From assembly GCA_046597055.1 (NCBI GenBank), contig JBKJLC010000089.1:1-45641 (forward strand): DNA of 45,641 bases, read 5' to 3'. The notes under the pieces were generated by a model, which saw only the letters and a program-made list of their open reading frames with translations, was not told where the DNA came from and ran no database searches. Origin of the DNA: Kofleriaceae bacterium. GTDB lineage: Bacteria > Myxococcota_A > Polyangia > Haliangiales > Haliangiaceae. This document shows, piece by piece, positions 28,075 to 35,450 of the stretch (the stretch's first letter is position 1; every line of letters starts with the position of its first letter). A program made the position numbers and the translations under genes.

Positions 28075-29250
28075 TCAAAGCGGCAAGGTGAACGAGAACC
28101 TGCTGCCAGCGCCGGGTTCACTCGCCACGTGCATGTCGCCGCCGTGCGCCAGGACCAGGCCCTTGACGATCGACAGGCCGATACCGGCACCGCGCGCGGT
28201 CGAACCGCCACCTCGCCAGAAGGGCTCGAACAGGCGCGGCAGCGCCTCTGCCGGGATGCCGACCCCACTGTCTTCGATCACGAACTCCAGCGCCGAACCG
28301 AGCCGCGCGGCGCGCACGGAGACCCGTCCCCCCGACGGCGTGAACTTGAGCGCGTTGGACACCAGGTTGGTGAGGATCTGCCGGAAGCGATGCGGATCGC
28401 GCCGGATCGCTGGCAGCTCCGGCTCGATCGCGGTCGTCAGCGTGACACCGCCTTGTTCCGCGAGCGGCGCGAGGAACTCGGTGACCTCCCCGATCAGGTC
28501 CTCGACGCCGCCGGTCTCGGCCTCGAGCGTCAACGCACCATTGACGAGACTCGCGCGATCGATGAGGTCGTCGACCAGTCGCGCCATCGAGCCCGACGCA
28601 CGCTTGATCCGGTCCGCCACCCGCCGGGTCGCCGGGTCGGGCGCGCTGGCGTCGAGCCGCTGGGCCGAGAGGCTGATGATGCCGAGCGGGGTGCGCAGGT
28701 CGTGCGAGACGGTGCGTAGCAGCAGCTGATGCGCCGCCAGCGCCTCGTCGGCTGCCTGCTTGGCGAGCCGCAAGTCCAGCAAGTGCATCACGTGACTCGC
28801 GAGGGTGCGCAGCGCGTCGAGCTGGTGCGCGTCGAGCTCGCGCGGCACGACGTCGAGAACACACAGCGTGCCCAGCGGCTGATCGTCGCCGCTGCTGCGC
28901 AGCAGCGCGCCTGCGTAGAACCGCAACCCGGGCACGCCCGTGACCAGCGGGTTGCACGCGAACCGACTGTCGCGCGTGGTGTCGGGCACCACCAGCAGGT
29001 CGCGTTCGAGGATGGCGTGCGCGCAGATCGAGGTCTCGAGCGGGGTCTCGCGGACGCCGAGCCCGATCTCCGATTTGAACCACTGCCGGCCCTCCGCGAT
29101 GAGGTTGACCGCGGCGATCGGCGTGCCGCAGATGTTCGAGATCAGCCGCGCGATCGCGTCGAACTCCAGCTCACGCGGCGTATCCAGGATCTGGTAGCGG
29201 TGCAGCGCCGCGAGGCGCTCGCTTTCAGCGGGGGGGAGCGGCGCGGCCAT
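28075..29250 (-). CDS. GAF-domain sensor histidine kinase
   Basis: ESERLAALHRYQILDT..FYAGA..GTLCVLD GAF; SHDLRTPL H-box; NLVSNALKF, DSGVGI, GAGIGLSI. Confidence 0.93.
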   Translation of the reverse strand: MAAPLPPAESERLAALHRYQILDTPRELEFDAIARLISNICGTPIAAVNLIAEGRQWFKSEIGLGVRETPLETSICAHAILERDLLVVPDTTRDSRFACNPLVTGVPGLRFYAGALLRSSGDDQPLGTLCVLDVVPRELDAHQLDALRTLASHVMHLLDLRLAKQAADEALAAHQLLLRTVSHDLRTPLGIISLSAQRLDASAPDPATRRVADRIKRASGSMARLVDDLIDRASLVNGALTLEAETGGVEDLIGEVTEFLAPLAEQGGVTLTTAIEPELPAIRRDPHRFRQILTNLVSNALKFTPSGGRVSVRAARLGSALEFVIEDSGVGIPAEALPRLFEPFWRGGGSTARGAGIGLSIVKGLVLAHGGDMHVASEPGAGSRFSFTLPL

Positions 29251-29318
29251 CTTCCCCCGCAGTGTGGCGGAAGCTGGCGGAATGTCGACGTTGGACCGCG
29301 CGGCCGCTCCCCCGCAGC

Positions 29319-30956
29319 TCAGCGGACCAGCTGCTCCCAGGTCAGGCCGAACCGGGCGAGGTACTTGCGCAGGCGGTCGGCATCGTTGCTGGAGGTCTTG
29401 CGGGCCCGGGACACCGCGTAGAGGCGGCGGCCGGCGTCGGACAGCGAGCGAGCGGCGCGGCAGGTACGGATGACGACCGCGAGCTGGGCCTGATCGACGA
29501 GGTCGAGCTCGGCGGCGCCGTCGCCGAGTAGCTCGGACAGCAGCCGGTCGTCGTCGACCGCGCGCGCGCCCGCAGCCACGACGGGTGCCAGGGCCAGCCA
29601 CGCCTTACGCAGGCGGGCCAGCTCGACGTCGACGCCGTCGGTCGTGATGCGGCCGCCGGGGGCGAGGGTGGCCATGCGGCGGACGGCGCCGCCGAGGTCG
29701 CGAAAGTTGCCGGGCCAGGTGGCCTCGGGCGAGGTCGCAAAGGCCAGGAAGCGGGCGCGGGCCTCGCCGGCGAGGGTGACGCGAACGCCGAGCGCGGTGC
29801 TGGTGCGCTCGAGCTCGTAGGTGAGGTTGGGCTCGAGATCTTCGCGGCGGTCGGCGAGGCCGGGCAGGTGGAAGGTCCACAGGTCGATGCGGGCGAGGAG
29901 GTCGGCACGGAAGCGACCGGTGCCGACCAGCGCGGCCAGGTCGCGGTTGGTGCCGGCGAGGAGCTGGAAGTCGCTGGCGACCTCGACGTCGGCGCCGACC
30001 GGTGGCCACCGGCGGTCTTCGATCGCGCGCAGCAGCATCGCCTGCTCGTCGAGGCCGAGCTCGCCGACCTCGTCGAGGAAGAGCACGCCGCCGTCGGCCT
30101 GGCGCAGGAAGCCGGCGCGGGCGGCGGCGGCGCCGGTGAACGCGCCGCGGACGTGGCCGAACAGCGCCGACATCGCGCCGTCGCCGCGAACGGTCGCGCA
30201 GTTGACCTCGACCAGCGGGCCGGTGACCTGACGGCGGCTCTGCTTGAGCTGGTAGATGCGGCGGGCGAGCTGCGACTTGCCGGAGCCGGTGGGGCCGAGC
30301 AGGAGGATCGGATCACGGGCGCCGACCGCCACCCGCTCGAGCTCGTCGATCAGGCGGTTGAAGGCGGGCGACCGGGTGGCGATGCCGGACTTGAGCAGCG
30401 TGGTGGCATCGGCGTGCTCGCGCGCGAACCGCGCCGCCAGCCGGTCGTAGCGGGCCAGGTCGAGATCGATGGTGTCCCAGCTACCGGCCTGGCCGCCACG
30501 CACGCGGCCGCGGTTGCCATCGGGCGGGGTCGGCGAGGTCTGGATCAGGCGAGCGGGCAGGCGGCGCGACTCGACCAGGAGGAACAGGCTGATCTGCGCG
30601 ATGTGCGTGCCGGTGGTGATGTGCGCGAGATAGTCCTCGCGCTCGGGCGCCCACTGGTAGTCGAGGGCGAAGTCGTGGAGCGCGCCGTAGACCTCCTCGA
30701 GGTCCCACGGATCGGTGATCGGCAGCGTGTGCAGGTGCACGGTCGTCTCGGGCGCCACCTGGCGGATGTCGGCCGCGACCTGGCGGCCGAGCTCGATCCA
30801 GCGCGGCGGGACCAGCAGCTCGAGGCGGTCGACGACCAGGTCGTCGTGCATGCACAGCGCGACCGACGGCCGCCAGCGCTCCCACCGGCGCGGGCCGCCG
30901 CCGGCGTCGAGGGTGGTGCCGAGCATGCCGATGACGACAACCGGACGTGGGCGCGT
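29319..30956 (-). CDS. rtcR: RNA repair operon sigma54 activator RtcR
   Basis: GTTLD, RWERWRPSVAL, DPWDLEEVY, HITTGTH (CARF); GPTGSGKS, GAFTGA, WPGNFRDL; NDADRLRKYLARFGL; first ATG is 30926 but conserved-looking sequence extends to about 30956. Confidence 0.95.
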   Translation of the reverse strand, partial: TRPRPVVVIGMLGTTLDAGGGPRRWERWRPSVALCMHDDLVVDRLELLVPPRWIELGRQVAADIRQVAPETTVHLHTLPITDPWDLEEVYGALHDFALDYQWAPEREDYLAHITTGTHIAQISLFLLVESRRLPARLIQTSPTPPDGNRGRVRGGQAGSWDTIDLDLARYDRLAARFAREHADATTLLKSGIATRSPAFNRLIDELERVAVGARDPILLLGPTGSGKSQLARRIYQLKQSRRQVTGPLVEVNCATVRGDGAMSALFGHVRGAFTGAAAARAGFLRQADGGVLFLDEVGELGLDEQAMLLRAIEDRRWPPVGADVEVASDFQLLAGTNRDLAALVGTGRFRADLLARIDLWTFHLPGLADRREDLEPNLTYELERTSTALGVRVTLAGEARARFLAFATSPEATWPGNFRDLGGAVRRMATLAPGGRITTDGVDVELARLRKAWLALAPVVAAGARAVDDDRLLSELLGDGAAELDLVDQAQLAVVIRTCRAARSLSDAGRRLYAVSRARKTSSNDADRLRKYLARFGLTWEQLVR

Positions 30957-31080
30957 AGACGAGATAGTGGGATACTTCTTTAGATCAACGTATCACCTGG
31001 TTCGCAGCCGCGGGTGGGTGACACCGTGAAAAGCTCGGTCTTGTGCAGGGTTGGCGAGGACGGGCGGCAAAGCCGACGCC

Positions 31081-31096
31081 CGGCACAAGAGCTGCT
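31081..31096 (+). promoter_or_regulatory. Sigma54 -24/-12 promoter of rtcBA
   Basis: CGGCAC-AAGAGC-TGCT, GG(31082-83)-N10-GC(31094-95); upstream of AGGAG RBS and ATG 31130; divergent from rtcR. Confidence 0.85.
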
Positions 31097-31129
31097 TTGG
31101 TGTCCGCCGACCCCTCCAGGAGACCTTCG

Positions 31130-32407
31130 ATGACGACCCACCAGACCCCGCCGGCGACCCCCACCACCACGGCCTCGAGCGCGGCCGAGCGCGCGTACGA
31201 GGTCACCCACGTGCCCCACGGCGTGCCGATCAAGTCGTGGACGAAGGGCGTGCCGTTCGAGGACGAGGCGCGCGCGCAGCTGCAGCGGATCGCGTCGCTG
31301 CCGTTCATCCACAAGTGGGTCGCGGCGATGCCCGACGTGCACCACGGCAAGGGCGCGACGGTCGGTAGCGTGATCGCGACCGTCGGCGCGATCATCCCGG
31401 CCGCGGTCGGCGTGGACATCGGCTGCGGCATGATGGCGGCGCGCACGTCGCTGACCGCGAACGATCTGCCGGACTCGCTGGCCGGCCTGCGCGCGGCGAT
31501 CGAGCGCGCGGTGCCGCACGGTCGGACCGCCAACGGTGGCCCCGGCGACCGCGGCGCGTGGCACGACCTGCCGGTGGCGCAGCAGCAGGCGTGGGCGGCG
31601 ATCGAGCCGGGCTACCGGCAGATCGTCGCGGCGCACCCGAAGCTCGACCGCGGCTCGCACGTGAACCACCTCGGCACCCTCGGCACCGGTAACCACTTCA
31701 TCGAGGTGTGTCTCGACGAGACCGAGCGCGTGTGGGTGATGCTGCACTCGGGCTCGCGCGGTGTGGGTAACCGGATCGGTAGCTTCTTCATCGAGCTGGC
31801 CAAGCAGGACATGCGGCGCTGGTTCGTGAACCTGCCCGATCAGGACCTCGCGTACCTGCCCGAGGGTACCGAGCACTTCGACGCGTACCTGCGGGCGGTG
31901 AGCTGGGCGCAGGCGTACGCGCGCACCAACCGCGAGCTGATGATGGCGCAGGTGGTGGCGGCCATGCGGACGACCGAGCTGCCGGGGTTCGACGCCGCGG
32001 TCGAGGCGGTGAACTGTCACCACAACTACGTGGCGCGCGAGCGTCATTACGGCGCCAACGTGATCTTGACCCGCAAGGGTGCGGTCCGCGCCGGCAAGGA
32101 CGAGCTCGGCATCATCCCCGGCAGCATGGGCGCGAAGAGCTACATCGTGAAGGGTCGCGGCAACCCCGAGAGCTTCGAGAGCTGTAGCCACGGCGCCGGC
32201 CGGGCGATGTCGCGCACCGAGGCCAAGCGGCGCTTCACGCTGGCCGACCACGCGGCGGCGACGGTCGGGATCGAGTGCCGCAAGGACGCGGACGTGATCG
32301 ACGAGACCCCGGCCGCGTACAAGGCGATCGATCAGGTGATGGCCGCGCAGCGCGATCTGGTCGACGTGGTGTACACGCTGCGGCAGGTGCTGTGCGTGAA
32401 GGGCTGA
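31130..32407 (+). CDS. rtcB: RNA ligase RtcB
   Basis: MPDVH, VGVDIGCGM, GTLGTGNHFIE, LHSGSRG, HHNY, RKGA, PGSMG, SCSHGAGR, DETPAAYK. Confidence 0.97.
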   Translation: MTTHQTPPATPTTTASSAAERAYEVTHVPHGVPIKSWTKGVPFEDEARAQLQRIASLPFIHKWVAAMPDVHHGKGATVGSVIATVGAIIPAAVGVDIGCGMMAARTSLTANDLPDSLAGLRAAIERAVPHGRTANGGPGDRGAWHDLPVAQQQAWAAIEPGYRQIVAAHPKLDRGSHVNHLGTLGTGNHFIEVCLDETERVWVMLHSGSRGVGNRIGSFFIELAKQDMRRWFVNLPDQDLAYLPEGTEHFDAYLRAVSWAQAYARTNRELMMAQVVAAMRTTELPGFDAAVEAVNCHHNYVARERHYGANVILTRKGAVRAGKDELGIIPGSMGAKSYIVKGRGNPESFESCSHGAGRAMSRTEAKRRFTLADHAAATVGIECRKDADVIDETPAAYKAIDQVMAAQRDLVDVVYTLRQVLCVKG

Positions 32408-32549
32408 GCCGAGCGAAGCGAGGCGGCTCCGATTCCGTACAGATCGGGCGCGGGCTCGGGCCCGCGGCCGATCGATCGGAGGGAGGGTGGGATTCGATAG
32501 AATCACACCCTCTGAGCGGGTCGAGACGGCACCAGCCACGGAGCGAGCG

Positions 32550-33587
32550 ATGACCGACATGATCACGATCGAGGGTGCGCACGGCGAGGGCGGGGGCCAG
32601 ATCCTCCGCGCCTCGCTGGCGCTGGCGCTGGCGACCGGCCGGCCGTTTCGCGCGGTGAACATCCGCGCGGGTCGGGCCAAGCCGGGGCTGCTGCGCCAGC
32701 ACCTGACCGCGGTGCAGGCGGCGCGCGCGGTGAGCGGCGCCGAGGTCACCGGCGCCGAGCTGCGCTCGCAGGCGTTGACGTTCGTGCCCGGGCCGCTGCG
32801 GCCGGGGCCCTACCAGTTCGCGATCGGCAGCGCCGGCAGCACGATGCTGGTGCTGCAGGCGCTGGTGCCCGCGCTGCTGGTCGGCGAGGGCGCGTGGTCG
32901 ATCGAGCTCGAAGGCGGCACCCACAACCCGATGGCGCCGTCGTTCGAGTTCTTCGAGCGGGCGCTGATGCCGCTGCTCGCGCGCATGGGCGGGCGGCTCA
33001 CGGCGACGCTCGACCGGCCCGGGTTCGCGCCGGCGGGCGGCGGCAAGGTGCGGGTCGAGGCGCACGGCACCGGTCGCCTCGGCCGGCTCGAGCTGGTCGC
33101 GCGGGGCGCGATCCGCGACCGCCGGGTGACCGCCCTGGTGAGCAACCTGCCAAGGTCCATCGGCGAGCGCGAGCTGGCGGCCGCGTGCGATCGGCTGGGC
33201 TGGGATGCGAGCTGCGGGCGCATCGCGCACCCGGACGGGGCCGGTCCCGGCAACACCCTCTCGATCGCGGTCGAGGCCGAGCACGTGACCGAGGTGTTCA
33301 CCGGCCACGGCGCCCAGGGCCGGCGGGCCGAGGCGGTCGCGCTGGCGGTCGCCGACGAGTGCGCGGCGTACCTCGCGACCGACGCGCCGGTCGGCGAGCA
33401 CCTCGCCGATCAGCTGCTGGTGCCGATGGCGCTCGGCGGCGGTGGCGTGTTCCGGACGATGGCGCCGACCGGCCACACCACCACGCAGATCGATCTGCTG
33501 CGGCACTTCCTCGGCATCGAGGTCGGGTGTCGCGCGGTCGATGGCGTCTGGGAGCTCGAGGTCCCCGCGCGAGGTCGCGCCGGGTGA
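32550..33587 (+). CDS. rtcA: RNA 3'-terminal phosphate cyclase
   Basis: GEGGGQILR, PGLLRQH, AGSTMLVLQ, GGTHNPMAP, VGEHLADQLL, HTTT. Confidence 0.97.
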   Translation: MTDMITIEGAHGEGGGQILRASLALALATGRPFRAVNIRAGRAKPGLLRQHLTAVQAARAVSGAEVTGAELRSQALTFVPGPLRPGPYQFAIGSAGSTMLVLQALVPALLVGEGAWSIELEGGTHNPMAPSFEFFERALMPLLARMGGRLTATLDRPGFAPAGGGKVRVEAHGTGRLGRLELVARGAIRDRRVTALVSNLPRSIGERELAAACDRLGWDASCGRIAHPDGAGPGNTLSIAVEAEHVTEVFTGHGAQGRRAEAVALAVADECAAYLATDAPVGEHLADQLLVPMALGGGGVFRTMAPTGHTTTQIDLLRHFLGIEVGCRAVDGVWELEVPARGRAG

Positions 33588-33688
33588 CCCGGCAGCCGAC
33601 CGTTGACGCTGGACGAGACGACCTTCCTGGCGGAGCCCGGCTCGAGCTTGTGAGCGGCCCGACGGACCCGGGCCGGCCGCGCGCCGCG

Positions 33689-34990
33689 CTACTCGGTCGG
33701 CGGGCGCAGCACCAGCACCGGCCGCCGGCAGGTGCGGAGCAGCTTGTCGGCGACCGAGCCGAGCAGGGCGCGGGTGATCCCCGAGCGCCCGCGCGACGCG
33801 ACCACGACCACGTCGGCGCCCAGCCGCTCGGCGGCCTCGCCGATGATGCGCGCGGTGTCGTCGCCGTTGAGGACGTGCACGCGAGTGACGACGCCGGTCT
33901 GGTTGGGCGGCACCAGCGTGAGCAGGCGCCGCTCGAGGCTGGCCGCGTCAGCGCCCTCGTGATCCTCGTCGCGGACGTGGACCAGGTGGACCTCGCCGCC
34001 GCGCTCGCCGACCAGGGTGTAGCCGTAGGGCACCGCGTGGTTGGCGAAGTCGCTGAGGTCGGTCGCGACCACCGCGACCCGGAACCGCGGCACGTCGAGC
34101 CGGCCCAGGTGCATCGACGACGGCACGCACCACACCGACTGCTTGGCGTCGTGCAGCACCAGCGATGACACCGACGACAGCCGGCCGAGGCCACCCTTCT
34201 GGCGGGTGCCGATCAGGATCACGTCGGCGTTGGAGGCGTCGGCGATCTCGAGCAGGTGATCGCCGATCCGGCCCAGGCCCGGGCGTGGGTGGAAGGTGAT
34301 CGTGCCCTCGCCGGGCAGCTCGCCCAGCCGGTGCTCGAGATCGCGCTCGAGCAGGCGCTCGAGCTCGGGATCGGCGTCGACCATCGAGCGGGCGCGCAGG
34401 CCGTAGCGGCGGGCGGCCTCGTCGGCGTAGTAGACGTGGGCGATCGCGACGTCGACCGGCCCGGCCTCGCGCAGCAGCTTGACCTGCGCGATCGCCGGCT
34501 CGCAGCTGGCCGACTCGTCGAGGCCGATCAGCACCCGCAGCGGGCGCTCGCCGGCCGCCCACGCCACGAACGGCGCGGCGTCGCGCACGATCAGGACCGG
34601 CACGCTGGCGGTCTCGGCGATGCCGCCGGCGATCGCGCCGAGCTTGTGCAGCGACGAGTTGGTGTGGCCCTTGGCCGAGATCACCAGCAGATCGCCGCCC
34701 TCGCTGGTGGTGGCCGCCACCAAGGTCGGGATCGCCGGGCCGACCTTCACCTCGCCGCGGACGCGGATCGGCGTGCCGACCGCCAGGCGGGTGGCATCGA
34801 CGTCGATGCGGGCGCGGGCGGCGGTCGTCAGCTTGTCGCGGCTGGCCGCGTCGTCGGCGCCGGCCCGATCGGGATCGATCACGTGGACCAGGACGAGGTC
34901 GCCGTCACCGCGCCGGCGGGCGATCGCGAGCGCGGCGGTGAGGCCCTCGAGGGCGAGCTCGGACAGGTCAGTACCGCAGACGATGGCCAT
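33689..34990 (-). CDS. Universal stress protein with three USP domains
   Basis: IVCGTDLS / VLIGLDES / VVATDLS starts; SRGRSGITRALLGSVADKLL..PVLV. Confidence 0.92.
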   Translation of the reverse strand: MAIVCGTDLSELALEGLTAALAIARRRGDGDLVLVHVIDPDRAGADDAASRDKLTTAARARIDVDATRLAVGTPIRVRGEVKVGPAIPTLVAATTSEGGDLLVISAKGHTNSSLHKLGAIAGGIAETASVPVLIVRDAAPFVAWAAGERPLRVLIGLDESASCEPAIAQVKLLREAGPVDVAIAHVYYADEAARRYGLRARSMVDADPELERLLERDLEHRLGELPGEGTITFHPRPGLGRIGDHLLEIADASNADVILIGTRQKGGLGRLSSVSSLVLHDAKQSVWCVPSSMHLGRLDVPRFRVAVVATDLSDFANHAVPYGYTLVGERGGEVHLVHVRDEDHEGADAASLERRLLTLVPPNQTGVVTRVHVLNGDDTARIIGEAAERLGADVVVVASRGRSGITRALLGSVADKLLRTCRRPVLVLRPPTE

Positions 34991-35011
34991 GGTTCCTCGG
35001 TCCCCGTCGGG

Positions 35012-35416
35012 CTAGTCGATGTACGCGATCCGGCGGATCAGCTCGAGCAGGCGCTCACGCCCGCCCGGGCGCAGGCCCACGAAGCGTACGCCCATGCCGG
35101 GATCGATGTTGGCGAGCGAGCCGGGCCGGTACGGGTTGACCCAGATCACCTCGCCCTCGAGCTCGAGGGCCGGCTCGTCAGCGACGCTCGGCGGCGGCGG
35201 GAACCGCAGGTTGAGCCGGGTGCCCGACGGCGACGGCTCGAGCGTGCGCACGAAGATGCCGGTCGAGCTGATGTCGCGGATCGACGCGAACAGGTACGTG
35301 TCGCTGCGGCGGTAGTCGACGACGTGGTCGACCAGGACGCGGGTCGCGGCACGACGCTCCGCACCGTCCAGCGCGACATCCCCCGCGGTCTTGAGCCGGG
35401 CCATCGGGTCCGTCAT
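35012..35416 (-). CDS. PilZ-domain protein (myxobacterial TIGR02266-like)
   Basis: ERRAATR, DISSTGIFV, GEVIWVN..PGMGVRF. Confidence 0.9.
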   Translation of the reverse strand: MTDPMARLKTAGDVALDGAERRAATRVLVDHVVDYRRSDTYLFASIRDISSTGIFVRTLEPSPSGTRLNLRFPPPPSVADEPALELEGEVIWVNPYRPGSLANIDPGMGVRFVGLRPGGRERLLELIRRIAYID

Positions 35417-35450
35417 AACCGCGGGTCGTACCCAGTTGCAAGCCAGACCA

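Noticed and set aside
32483..32512. tRNA gene suggested by TTCGA
   Set aside because: TTCGA does not sit in a 5-bp stem/7-nt T-loop and no acceptor, D or anticodon arms can be built; kept only as a generic structured element
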